Positions 24,943-34,320 are shown, counted from the stretch's first letter. The stretch is DNA of 60,056 nucleotides from Stellaceae bacterium (GCA_035510075.1 DATKHX010000117.1:1-60056), one strand, 5' to 3'. The notes: generated by a model not told the origin, from the sequence alone. Made by a program: numbers and translations.

Positions 24943-25203
24943 TCACCCGCCGACCCAGGTTGATAACTGCGCGTTCCACACGAGGGTGCGGGTCGCCCCG
25001 TGCCCGGTGAGCGGCATCCCGGCGGAGCCGAGGTTTATCGTCTGCCCGGTATTGGGGGTCAGCGTCACGACGACTTGGGCCGCATTGGCGCCAATCAGCG
25101 TAAAGCGCCAAGTCTCCCCATCTTGCGGCCGGGGCCGTAAGATGGCGTTGAAGCTCCCGCCGCCCGCGGGCTCGAAGATCCGTAAGAACGCATTCGCCGC
25201 CAC
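24943..25203 (-). CDS. Hypothetical 86-aa tail-associated protein
   Basis: ORF directly after the host-specificity genes. No signal peptide. Confidence 0.6.
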   Translation of the reverse strand: MAANAFLRIFEPAGGGSFNAILRPRPQDGETWRFTLIGANAAQVVVTLTPNTGQTINLGSAGMPLTGHGATRTLVWNAQLSTWVGG

Positions 25204-25212
25204 ATCATCACG

Positions 25213-26034
25213 TCACAGGCTGATATTCGTGTTGGTGGTGATGACGTCGGTTTGGAAGCCCGGCCCCGGCAGGCTGCCGGACCCGGCCGGGGTGTAGGGA
25301 TAGGCCGTCGCCGCGGCAAGCGATTGCAGGCCGCCGCCGGTCGAATTGAACGACGGGAACTTGAATTCCAACGGCACCCCCGTGTATTGCGCCGGCAAGG
25401 GCTGCGCGAAATATTCGCCGCTGCCGAGATAGACGAACTGCGCGCCCAGCGCGTGGCTCGCGGCATCCGTCCCGTAGAGACCGCGATAGAGGGTCGTCAG
25501 GTGGTAGGCGCTGGCGCCGACGAGGCTCGCGGTCTCGAACGCCAGAAACTCGATTGGGCCGCCGCTCGCCTGCACCGCGCACAAGCTGACAAAGGCGGCG
25601 GCGCTCGTCGGGCTGACGCTCGCGAGCGTGCCCCTCGACTGGCTGAGGTCGACCGCGAGCGTGTCGGCGGTGTCGGGGTTGACCCCGCCATAGGCCGCGA
25701 GTGCCGCGGTGGTGAGCCCCATCGCCGACACCCCGAAAAAGGCGTCGTCGGCAAAAGGCTGGCCGTAATTCGTGCCGTCGAGCGATGCCCACACCTCGGC
25801 CCCGCCCCACAACGGGCTGTAGGCGCCGGCGGGGCCGCCGCTGAGCCCGACGATCAATGCCGGCCCGGCGACGCCGAGCGCTGCCAGCAATTGCTGCGTC
25901 GGCTCGACAAAAAAGGGCGGGTTCACGCTCGGTGCGGCGGCATTGTAGGCCGGAACCGAGGTGGTGGGTGCGGCCGCCTGGCGCGCGAAGAACGCGGGCG
26001 TGCCGATGCCGGCGCCGAGGCTCTTGACACCCAT
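25213..26034 (-). CDS. Host-specificity protein, C-terminal part (RcGTA g15-like, second ORF)
   Basis: 273-aa ORF starting 8 nt after the 571-aa ORF. Position and composition are consistent with a split J/g15-like protein. Confidence 0.6.
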   Translation of the reverse strand: MGVKSLGAGIGTPAFFARQAAAPTTSVPAYNAAAPSVNPPFFVEPTQQLLAALGVAGPALIVGLSGGPAGAYSPLWGGAEVWASLDGTNYGQPFADDAFFGVSAMGLTTAALAAYGGVNPDTADTLAVDLSQSRGTLASVSPTSAAAFVSLCAVQASGGPIEFLAFETASLVGASAYHLTTLYRGLYGTDAASHALGAQFVYLGSGEYFAQPLPAQYTGVPLEFKFPSFNSTGGGLQSLAAATAYPYTPAGSGSLPGPGFQTDVITTNTNISL

Positions 26035-26041
26035 TATGGGG

Positions 26042-27757
26042 TCAGGCCTGCGGGTATTGCACGGCCGCCGGCACGCCGAAAAAATCCTCCGCGGTGATGG
26101 CCAAGGTGCCCTCCTCGTCCTCGCTCACCCCGGTGATCCGCACCGTCAGATTGTCGAGGCCGAGGTAGGGGTCGCTCAGCTGCACCAAATCCATCGGTTC
26201 GAGGAGGCAGAATTTCCAACCGAGATTGAAGGTGTAGGTATTGCGGTAATAGAGATTGCGCTGCAGCACCAGCTGGGCCACGACCGGGCCGACATGCTGC
26301 ACGTCGACGATCGCGTTGCCCTTGACGCTGCTGTCTTTGCGGACCCCGTAGAGGTCGATCGCCCCCTGATCGAAGGCGACGACCGGCCATTTGTTGTACG
26401 AGTTCGAGCGGTCGACGCACTCGATCTCGACCCAGTTCGCGGCGTCGGCCGGCGAGGAGCGCTGCACGTGCACCGGGTCGTCGGTAAAGCCGCCGGTGAC
26501 CGGGGTCGCCCCTTGGCGCAATGCCGCGGTCCCGGGGGTAACCCCGAGATACGAGCCGACGGTCGATTCCTGGACGATGAAATCGTCGTCGTCGAGGCTG
26601 TAGACCGGGGTCGTGTAGGGCTGCCAGGAATAGGTCCCGAGCGGGCTGATCGTGGCGGTTTCGCCGCCGGCGCCGGAAAAGGTGACCCCGACCGCCAATG
26701 TGCCGGTGCCGGAATTGTCGAAGATCATCAGCCCGTTCGGTGCCACGCCGGCGTGCACGCCGAACGCCTGCAGGCCGCTCGCGTTGATCTGGCCGGCGAG
26801 CGCGCCGGTGAACGAGCTCATGTACAGGGTGTCGGCGTTGACGTTGGCGGCGCCGGCCGTGTAGGAGACCGCGACCGGCGAGCCGAGACCGGCGCCGGTA
26901 AAGGTCGCGGTGATCGTGTCGCCGCCGGCGACGGCCCCGGCGACCGTGATCAGCGTGAACGACGTGCTGAGCGGCATGTCCCCATAGGGGATGATCTTTA
27001 GCAGGCCCCCCGACCACACGATCGCCGAGTTGGTGATTTTTGCGATGTCGGCGAGCTGCTGCTGTGCCGGTATCTGGGTGTCGATCGACGGCGACAGCGC
27101 CACCCCCAAGGCCGTGCAATACTCCGAATAGCTCGTCAGGCTGTCGAGGTTCGCCGCCGGAAACCCGGCGCCGTAACGCGCATTGGTCAGAAAATCGCTG
27201 ACGATAAAGGCCGGGTTGGCGTCGGCGCCATTGAGCCAGGTCGACGAGCCGATGCCATAGACCTCGAACGTGAAATTCGGCAGCGAGGCCGAGGCGCCGA
27301 GGTTGTACTTGTCGAGCGTGATGTTGGCGGTGCCGGAATAGCCGATGGCATTGGGCGCGTGGTTGGTCACCCAATAGGGGTCGGCCGGCTGCCCGTCGGC
27401 GCCGAGATTTTTGGTCGACAACCCCAAGAGGTCGAGGAGTGCTCCGACGCTCTTGTTGTACCAGACCTCCCCGAACTGGGTTATCGGCCCCTGGCAGAGG
27501 CCGAGGATGACCGAGGCCGAGTACATCGTCTGCGACGACTTGCCGGCCTTCCCGGCGCTGCCGGCAGCGCCGCCCTTACCCTTTCCGGCGCTGCCGCCCA
27601 CGGCCTCGAAATCCTGGTAGTCGAGGACGTTCGGGCTGATGCGGGTGGTGCCATAGACGAGCGGGATGACGCTGCCCGCTTGCGAGGTCTGGAACCGCAG
27701 CGAGCCCGCGAGCTGCTGCTGCTTGGCGTTGGGGCCGATCCCCAGGATGTTGGTCAT
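26042..27757 (-). CDS. Host-specificity / central tail protein (lambda J / RcGTA g15-like, N-terminal part)
   Basis: MTNILGIGPNAKQQQLAGSLRFQTSQAGSVIPLVYGTTRISPNVLDYQDF is typical of the Phage-tail_3 family N-terminus. Follows the NlpC/P60 gene. Confidence 0.75.
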   Translation of the reverse strand: MTNILGIGPNAKQQQLAGSLRFQTSQAGSVIPLVYGTTRISPNVLDYQDFEAVGGSAGKGKGGAAGSAGKAGKSSQTMYSASVILGLCQGPITQFGEVWYNKSVGALLDLLGLSTKNLGADGQPADPYWVTNHAPNAIGYSGTANITLDKYNLGASASLPNFTFEVYGIGSSTWLNGADANPAFIVSDFLTNARYGAGFPAANLDSLTSYSEYCTALGVALSPSIDTQIPAQQQLADIAKITNSAIVWSGGLLKIIPYGDMPLSTSFTLITVAGAVAGGDTITATFTGAGLGSPVAVSYTAGAANVNADTLYMSSFTGALAGQINASGLQAFGVHAGVAPNGLMIFDNSGTGTLAVGVTFSGAGGETATISPLGTYSWQPYTTPVYSLDDDDFIVQESTVGSYLGVTPGTAALRQGATPVTGGFTDDPVHVQRSSPADAANWVEIECVDRSNSYNKWPVVAFDQGAIDLYGVRKDSSVKGNAIVDVQHVGPVVAQLVLQRNLYYRNTYTFNLGWKFCLLEPMDLVQLSDPYLGLDNLTVRITGVSEDEEGTLAITAEDFFGVPAAVQYPQA

Positions 27758-28183
27758 CTAAAACGGGTCGAAAAACCGCACCGCGCGGCAGGCGAGCGAG
27801 CCCTGTGTGGCGTCCCCCCAACAGACGAGCCGCGCGTCGGCCTGGGCGTGGACGATCCTGGGCCAGAGGACGACGATCGCGGCATGGGCAAAACAGCGCC
27901 CATAGCGCCACAGCGCGATGTCGGCCGGCTGCGGCGGCGGGTCGATCTCGCGCGCATAGGCGAGGAGGCCGTCGGCGTAACGCTCCTCGCCGCGGTGCAG
28001 GTGCCAATCGGGCGGATAGTACGGCAGCTCGATATGCGGCAGCACCCCGGCGCGCTCATAGACTTCGGCGAGGAGTGTGAGGCAGTCCGCACCGGCACCC
28101 TTCACCCGGCCCATGTGGTGATAGGGTGTCTTGAGCCAGGTTCGGGCCTCGGCAACGACCGCGGCGCGGCGCTGGTCAGTCAC
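27758..28183 (-). CDS. NlpC/P60-family tail peptidase (RcGTA g14 / lambda K-like)
   Basis: ARTWLKTPYHHMGRVKGAGADCLTLLAEVY...FAHAAIVV carries the Cys-His catalytic pattern. GTG overlaps the upstream stop. Confidence 0.8.
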   Translation of the reverse strand: MTDQRRAAVVAEARTWLKTPYHHMGRVKGAGADCLTLLAEVYERAGVLPHIELPYYPPDWHLHRGEERYADGLLAYAREIDPPPQPADIALWRYGRCFAHAAIVVLWPRIVHAQADARLVCWGDATQGSLACRAVRFFDPF

Positions 28184-29252
28184 GGCCGGGATGGCGGCGA
28201 TGCGGCGGCTCGGGGTGATGATGGCGGTGTGGCGGATGATGGGGATGCGACACCGGCGGGTCGCGCGGCGGGGGTGCCGGCGGGTGGCCCGGCCGGTGAA
28301 ACGCGGCGAACCCCTCGCCATTGTCGTCTTCCCAGCGCATCCGCAGATACTGGTCCCATTCGAGCTCGAGTGCCGGCTTGTTGCCGGCGAATTCGAGCAC
28401 ACCCCAGGTGTTGCGCTTCAGATCCGTCATCGGGTCGAACCCGTGGCGCAGAAACATCTGCCAGCGGTCCCAATATTGGCGGTTTTGCTTCGCACCGTGA
28501 AAGCGGTGCTCGATCGTGCCGGGCACATAGCCGATCCGGCCGTTGACCGCGTGCGTAGCACGCTTTTCCCAGGCCTCGAGGAGGACGCGGTAAGCGGGCG
28601 AGATCGTCTTCGGGAACGAGCTCTTGACGCGGCCCAGCATCGCCACCGCCTGGTGGTGGTCGGCGGCACCCATCCCGCCGTATTCGAAGAGCCCGCCGAC
28701 CTCGTTCAGCACCGAGCGCTTGGCCGCCCAGCAATAGCCGGTATGCGGGTAGTCGTGCTCCCCGCCCCAAAATTTGTGAAAGTCCTCGCCCTCGCCGACG
28801 ACGATCGGGTGGCCGTGCAGGTATTGGCGGGCGAACGAGCGCCAGACATGCGCGTGACTGTCGCCGGGGCCGAGGTCGTAGCAGGTCTCCCACGGCTGCA
28901 CCACGTGGTAGTGCTGCAATGCGTCGAGCGTGGCCTCGACCCAGTCGTTGCGGCGCGGGAAGACGTCGCTGTCCGCCCAGCAGACGTATTGCGCCTCCGG
29001 GCGGCGCTGGATGCCGAGGTTGAGGAGGCACTCTTTGGCCCACGCCCAGGAATCGGCGCGGACCCCGATGTGGTGGACGACGCCGGGAATTGCGCAGACC
29101 CACGGCGCCTCGCCATAGGCGCATTCGACGACCGTGACCTCGGCGCCGAGCTCGCGCATGCGATGGGCCCAGTCGAGATAGTGCCGCTGCGGCTGGCGCC
29201 AGCGCAGCGGGTTGAACCGCGCCGTAAAGACATGCAGCACCGGGGTCGTCAT
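28176..29252 (-). CDS. Putative GT-A-fold glycosyltransferase with a C-terminal His/Pro-rich tail
   Basis: VFTARFNPLRWRQPQRHYLDW..., a DxD-like WADSDVF, HVVQPW and HRFHGAKQNRQYWDRW are read as a nucleotide-sugar transferase-like family. The tail is HRPGHPPAPPPRDPPVSHPHHPPHRHHHPEPPHRRH. Confidence 0.5.
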   Translation of the reverse strand: MTTPVLHVFTARFNPLRWRQPQRHYLDWAHRMRELGAEVTVVECAYGEAPWVCAIPGVVHHIGVRADSWAWAKECLLNLGIQRRPEAQYVCWADSDVFPRRNDWVEATLDALQHYHVVQPWETCYDLGPGDSHAHVWRSFARQYLHGHPIVVGEGEDFHKFWGGEHDYPHTGYCWAAKRSVLNEVGGLFEYGGMGAADHHQAVAMLGRVKSSFPKTISPAYRVLLEAWEKRATHAVNGRIGYVPGTIEHRFHGAKQNRQYWDRWQMFLRHGFDPMTDLKRNTWGVLEFAGNKPALELEWDQYLRMRWEDDNGEGFAAFHRPGHPPAPPPRDPPVSHPHHPPHRHHHPEPPHRRHPGRD

Positions 29253-30109
29253 ACGGCGGTCTCCGGAGGCGGGATGAACGGCATGCCGCCGAAATGGACG
29301 GCATTGTTGAAGGTGTTGGTGCAGGTCGCGAGCATGTGGTCGCAGCCCGGCAGGATCTCGAACTGGTCGCCGGTGCCGACCGGCGACAAAAAGGCGAGCT
29401 TGACGCTGATGCTGCCCCCCGACTGAAACCCGAAGATCGTGCGCGTCTGCCCGGAATTGGCGCCGCTCTTGCCGCTGATCGATCCTTGCGCGAAGGGGGT
29501 CGTCGTCACCGGCGCGCCATTGATCGAGGTCTGCGACGAGCCGGCGCCGGCGCCAAACGTCAGCGCCAGGCTCGGCCGCGAGAACTGGCACATCGCGTCG
29601 CCAAAGACGTGGTTGCACGCCGCCTGGTAGAGCCGTCGCGGCATCGGGATGTTGAGCAATTCGAGGTGCGAGCGGCATTTCATGTCGATGCCGGAGCGGG
29701 TGCAGTCGAGGTCCGACACCCGGCCGGCGAAGAGCACCACCGTTCCCGGGCTGGTGTCGCCCCAGCCGGCGGCGAAAAACGCGCGCTCGACCTGTAGGAG
29801 CGCGCCGTCGAGCGCGCCGGTCCATGCCGCCTCCAAAAACGGCGTGGCGCCGATCGTGTCGGTTGCGGTCGGGTAAATCTTGACGTCGAGCTGGTCGACC
29901 TGGGTCCCGATGACGGTATTGATCAGCGAGCGCTCGAATTTGGGGCCGAGCGGAAAGACCCGCCCGGTGGCGAAATCGACGATTTGGGTCAGCGCGCCCG
30001 AATAGCGCAGGACCGTGCCGCCCTGAAGCGTGAAGGTGTAGAGGTCGGCCATCTGGAACTGGGCGCCGCCGTTCAGCAGTGCAATCAGGGTCGAGGACGC
30101 TTGCTTCAC
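29249..30109 (-). CDS. DUF2163 / BR0599-type tail hub protein (RcGTA g13-like)
   Basis: The C-terminal CDHMLATCTNTFNNAVHFGGMPFIPPPE signature fits. GTG start overlaps the upstream stop (GTGA). Confidence 0.8.
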   Translation of the reverse strand: MKQASSTLIALLNGGAQFQMADLYTFTLQGGTVLRYSGALTQIVDFATGRVFPLGPKFERSLINTVIGTQVDQLDVKIYPTATDTIGATPFLEAAWTGALDGALLQVERAFFAAGWGDTSPGTVVLFAGRVSDLDCTRSGIDMKCRSHLELLNIPMPRRLYQAACNHVFGDAMCQFSRPSLALTFGAGAGSSQTSINGAPVTTTPFAQGSISGKSGANSGQTRTIFGFQSGGSISVKLAFLSPVGTGDQFEILPGCDHMLATCTNTFNNAVHFGGMPFIPPPETAV

Positions 30110-31296
30110 GGCGGCACCGAAATAAACGCCAACTTTTTTAGCGCCCACAATTGCAGCATGAAGTTCTCAAAGCTGATGCTGTCATCGGCAAAGCGGCATC
30201 GGAAGAAATACGAGAAATCCGCCGATAGCGCCGGCTGGCTGCCGACAAAGGGCTGCGGCAGCGACACGAGGCCGGTTGCGGGATCGACCGGCCAGCCGGC
30301 GACATTGCTCCACAACAGGTTCGCGGTGCACCCCGAGCCGCTGCCGGTGACGCTGGTGAACGGCACTGCGGCGGAGGGTGGGGTCCCGAGATAGAGCCCG
30401 CCATTCGAGACGCCGAGCGAGGTGACGGCGCCGCCGCTCACACTCTGGACAAAGAGCGAGGCGGCGAGCGGCGGTCCTGCGATCGTCGGCGAGAGCTGGT
30501 CGCCGATGTTGTAGCCGCTCCCGCCCGCGACGATCCCGGTGTTGATCAATGTGACCTGCGGCACACCGGCGAAATAAAGCGCGGCGACCTTGTTGGGGGC
30601 GGTGATCGGCTCGTTGAAAAACGGGCCGACACCAAGCCCGCGCTGCAATTGGACGCTCGTCACCCAGGTGAGGTTTACGGTGGCGCCCGAGCCGCCGCCC
30701 GTCACCGTCGTCAACGGCACGCCGCTCGTGCCGGGCACGGTGTAATAGATGCCGCCGAGGCTCGGCCCGAGATTGGTGATCGCGCCACCGCCGCCGACGC
30801 TGTTGACGATCAGCGAGGCGGCAAGCGGCGGCGAGCCGCCGGTGGGCGAGAGCTGGTCGCCGATGTTGTAGCCGCTCCCGCCCGCGGCCGGGAACGAGGC
30901 CGAGACATAGCTCGTCGCCAGCGGCAACGGCTGCCCCGTGACCTGGTCGTCGCTCGGGTCGTCGAACAGAAACGTGCGAAAGGCAGCGCCGCAGGCGAGG
31001 TAGAACCCGAAGAGTGTGCGCAGCTCGTCGTAGTTGCCGACGGCCCCAAAACCCCGGCCGCGGCTGTCCCAACGGTCGCGCAGCACCTCGAAGGTCAGCG
31101 AGAACTGCCACAGCGGGTAGGGGTAATCCTGCAGCCGCAGCTCGCGGCCGGAGACCGCGCGCTGGATGCGCGTCTGCATCGTCGGCGCTTTGGTGACGCT
31201 CCACCCGATGCCGGGGAGGATCGTGAGCGGGCTGCCGGACAGCGGGCTGATCGCGAGGCCGCCGGCGGCGATCGCCATGATGCCGACGTCGGTCAT
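30106..31296 (-). CDS. DUF2460-type distal tail protein (RcGTA g12-like) with an inserted duplicated domain
   Basis: The ends match DUF2460 (PGIGWSVTKAPTMQT...; FYFRCRFADDSISFENF). The middle carries two ~78-aa repeats (GGSGYNIGDQLSPT...). Confidence 0.75.
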   Translation of the reverse strand: MTDVGIMAIAAGGLAISPLSGSPLTILPGIGWSVTKAPTMQTRIQRAVSGRELRLQDYPYPLWQFSLTFEVLRDRWDSRGRGFGAVGNYDELRTLFGFYLACGAAFRTFLFDDPSDDQVTGQPLPLATSYVSASFPAAGGSGYNIGDQLSPTGGSPPLAASLIVNSVGGGGAITNLGPSLGGIYYTVPGTSGVPLTTVTGGGSGATVNLTWVTSVQLQRGLGVGPFFNEPITAPNKVAALYFAGVPQVTLINTGIVAGGSGYNIGDQLSPTIAGPPLAASLFVQSVSGGAVTSLGVSNGGLYLGTPPSAAVPFTSVTGSGSGCTANLLWSNVAGWPVDPATGLVSLPQPFVGSQPALSADFSYFFRCRFADDSISFENFMLQLWALKKLAFISVPP

Positions 31297-31309
31297 CAGC
31301 TGGGGGTCA

Positions 31310-34300
31310 TCAGCCGGGGGTCAGCATCGAGCCGCGGCGGATCGCAGTATTCAATGCCGCGACCAGCGCCGAGCCGTTCGCCATGAAGAGCCGCTGCACC
31401 GAGGCCGCATCGGTCGCGTTGATGTTGATGCCGAAGGAGTTGCCGCCGCCGCCGCCGCCGTTGGCGATCATGCCTTGCAGCCCCTGGCTGATATTCGCCG
31501 GCAAGACCATCTCGTTCGAGTGCAATTGTGCGAGGGTGCCTCCCGGCCCGAGCTGCGGCACGGCCCAGCCGCCCGCCGCCGACGGCACGATCCCCCCCTT
31601 CGAGAACGCGAAGAGCGAGCCGAGGCCCTTGAACAAGGTGCCGAAGAGGCCGCTGAAGAGGCCGCCGCCCCCGACATCGGCCGCTGCGCCGATGCCGCCC
31701 GAGAAGTCCTGGTCGGCGGCACCCGAAGCGCCGCCAAAGAGGCCGCCGAGGAGGCCGCCCGAGCCCGCGGAGAACGGGTTGCCGACGGCGCCCGCGAGCC
31801 CCTCGCCGAAAATGTCCTTGCCGAGGCTGTCGAAAATCCCGCCGCCGACGCCGCCGCCCGAACCGCCGCCGACCCCGAGCGCCGAGCTGAAGAGGCTCTT
31901 GAAGGCGCTGTTGAGCGTGTCCTTGACGAGGCTTTGCGCCAATTGGTCGAACGCCTGGCCGATCGACTTCGTGCGCAGGACGACATCGGTCGCCATGGCG
32001 GCGAACGCGTCCGACACCTGCTTGATGCTTTCCTGCCAGCTTTTCGCGGTGTCCTGCGCCGTCTTCGCCTGGGCCTCGCTGATCTTGGCGGTATAGCTCG
32101 CGTCGAGCTCGACGAGCTCGTCATAGAGCCGCTGCTTTTGCGCCGTCGTCAGCCGGTCGTCCGCCATCATGATTTCGAGGCGGCGGCGCTCCTCGGCGTA
32201 GAGCTTGGCGGTGTACTCGATCTCAAAGCCGATCGCCTGCTGCGTCGAAATCTTATGCTCGGCGACGAGCTGCGCCATGTTGGCCTTGAAGACCGCGAGA
32301 TAGGAGGTGTCCTCGCTTTTGAGCGAGGTGTATTTCTGCTGGGCGAGCTGGATCGCGGCCGCGACCTCCTCGTGGTCGAGGCGCACCTTTTCGGCGGTGA
32401 CCGAGGCCGTGCTGGCCTTGTCCTCGGCGAGCATCGCGAGCTTCTTGTCGAGGAGCGCGCGGGCGGCAGCGAAATCCTGCTGGTACTCGGCCTGCCTGAT
32501 CTGCGCCTCGAGCTCGGCATATTGCTGCTCGCGCGCGACGCGGCCGGCCTCGGGGTCGAACCTCGCGGCGGTGCTGCCGGTGCCGGACCCGACCCCGCCG
32601 CCCGCCGCGATCTGGGTGGCGAGCGCCTCGCGGGCCGGCCCCGTCGTGTCCTTTGACCCCGGGATTTCGTAGCCGGAATAGACGATTTTGGCGGCCGACG
32701 CGGCGTCCGCCGCCCTATTCGCGGTGTGAAAGACGCCGGCGAACTTGCCTTGCAGCTCCTTCACGAGAAAATCGACCTGGCCCTGGAGCGTGTTCCACGC
32801 CGGGCCTTCGGCGGCCTTCAACTGCGCCAGCCGGTCTCCGGTCCACTGCGCGATCCCGGTGGCGCCGCTCGGGTTGACGGCATCCGGGCTGATGCCGCTC
32901 TCGGCCTTGAGATTGGCGAGAACCCCCGCCACGGTGTTGGCGGACGCGCCGATCTTGGCGAGGGCGTCGGCGACGATCGCGGCGTTGCCGGAGAGGTTCG
33001 CGATCGCGTTGCCGGCGAACGAGGCGCCCTCGCGCCCCGAGGCCCCGGCCGGGGCAGGTGCCGTCACCGAAACTTCGGGCAGGCTCACCTCGGCGGGTGC
33101 CGCGGGGCGCCCCGCATCCGTCAACCCCAGGGGCGACGCCCCCGGGACGAGCGAGGGCGCGTTGGCGGGCGGGACGATCCCGAGATGCTGCAGAAGCGTA
33201 TTATTTTGAAGCTGCTGCCAACCGCTCGCGAACGCGTTCCACACCGTCTTCAGATTGTCGATGTCGGTCTTGGTCGCGTCGATGGTCCCGTGGATCGCGT
33301 CGAAAAAGCTCTTGAACGCCGCGGTGGCAGCGCCCGAATTCGTAATCGTCTCGACAAACGCCTTCAACGACGTGGTGGTGGCGTCGATCGGCTCCTTGAA
33401 GTCGAGAAGGATGTGCGATTTGAGGCCGGTAATGGCCAATTCGAGCTCGTGGACCTTTTCCCAGGTGTCCGACAGCGCTTCGATCTGCGCGTCGTTGAGA
33501 TTGGCCCCGCTCGCCTCGGCCGCCTGCTTGACCTTTTCAAACTCCTCGGCGGTCAGGCTCAGAACGGGTGCGAGCTGGGTGATGCCGCGCGGCCCGACGA
33601 GGCTGCGGAAGATGTCGAGGCGATTGACGCTCCCCGCCATGTTCTGCCAGGTCTGGCGCAAGAGCTCGATCGTGTCGATCGGGTCCCGCAGCGCTTCTTT
33701 CAGCGCGGCCATGTCGATGCCGGCGGCGCGGATCGCCTGGCCCTGGTCGGAGAGCGGCTTGTTGAGACCGAGCTCGAGCTGGTGCCCGAGCTGGGTGACG
33801 ATGCGGATCAGGTTTTGACTCTCGCCGCCGGCGAGCAACGAGATGTTCTGGAACTCCGACAGGCGTTCCGAGCTGGTGCCGAGCGACTCCGCCAGGATCT
33901 TGGTCCGCTCCGCGCCCTCGGTGATCTCCTCGACCCATTCAGAGATCTTCTCGAAGGCAAAGGCGGCCCCGGTGACCTCGAGGATGCCGGCCATCCCTTG
34001 GCGGAAGGTGTCGATCGGGCTGCGGGCGCGCTCGACCTCCTCCTTGACATTGGCAAAGCTGCGGGCGAGGAGCGAGCCCTCGGTGGCGGCCCCGTTCAGC
34101 TCCTTTGTCAAGGCCGAGGCCTTGGCGCGGGCCTCCTCGAATTGCCCTGCCGCCTGGCGCAAATTGTCGTTGGCGCCGATACCGCCGCCGCTTCTGGCGT
34201 CGGCCGCAGCCTGCCGCAACGCGGTGCCGAGCGCTTTGACGTCGGCCTGGACGAGGGCGAGCTGGGCGCGCGCCTCGGCGGTGTCGGCGCGGACCGCGAT

Positions 34301-34318
34301 CGACAGGTTCGAGGCCAT
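31310..34318 (-). CDS. Tail tape measure protein with an internal lysozyme-like domain
   Basis: 1002 aa, helical and Ala/Gln-rich. SGATGIAQWTGDRLAQLK...QVDFLVKEL resembles the phage tail lysozyme domain. C-terminus is Gly-rich. Confidence 0.85.
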   Translation of the reverse strand: MASNLSIAVRADTAEARAQLALVQADVKALGTALRQAAADARSGGGIGANDNLRQAAGQFEEARAKASALTKELNGAATEGSLLARSFANVKEEVERARSPIDTFRQGMAGILEVTGAAFAFEKISEWVEEITEGAERTKILAESLGTSSERLSEFQNISLLAGGESQNLIRIVTQLGHQLELGLNKPLSDQGQAIRAAGIDMAALKEALRDPIDTIELLRQTWQNMAGSVNRLDIFRSLVGPRGITQLAPVLSLTAEEFEKVKQAAEASGANLNDAQIEALSDTWEKVHELELAITGLKSHILLDFKEPIDATTTSLKAFVETITNSGAATAAFKSFFDAIHGTIDATKTDIDNLKTVWNAFASGWQQLQNNTLLQHLGIVPPANAPSLVPGASPLGLTDAGRPAAPAEVSLPEVSVTAPAPAGASGREGASFAGNAIANLSGNAAIVADALAKIGASANTVAGVLANLKAESGISPDAVNPSGATGIAQWTGDRLAQLKAAEGPAWNTLQGQVDFLVKELQGKFAGVFHTANRAADAASAAKIVYSGYEIPGSKDTTGPAREALATQIAAGGGVGSGTGSTAARFDPEAGRVAREQQYAELEAQIRQAEYQQDFAAARALLDKKLAMLAEDKASTASVTAEKVRLDHEEVAAAIQLAQQKYTSLKSEDTSYLAVFKANMAQLVAEHKISTQQAIGFEIEYTAKLYAEERRRLEIMMADDRLTTAQKQRLYDELVELDASYTAKISEAQAKTAQDTAKSWQESIKQVSDAFAAMATDVVLRTKSIGQAFDQLAQSLVKDTLNSAFKSLFSSALGVGGGSGGGVGGGIFDSLGKDIFGEGLAGAVGNPFSAGSGGLLGGLFGGASGAADQDFSGGIGAAADVGGGGLFSGLFGTLFKGLGSLFAFSKGGIVPSAAGGWAVPQLGPGGTLAQLHSNEMVLPANISQGLQGMIANGGGGGGNSFGININATDAASVQRLFMANGSALVAALNTAIRRGSMLTPG

Positions 34319-34320
34319 GC

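Noticed and set aside
28176-28310. The His/Pro-rich C-terminal tail of the glycosyltransferase-like ORF being a wrong-frame artefact.
   Set aside because: Not rejected as real, but it is flagged. The frame is continuous with the enzyme-like part, and its stop overlaps the GTG of the NlpC/P60 gene. I therefore kept it as part of the CDS rather than calling a frameshift or pseudogene.
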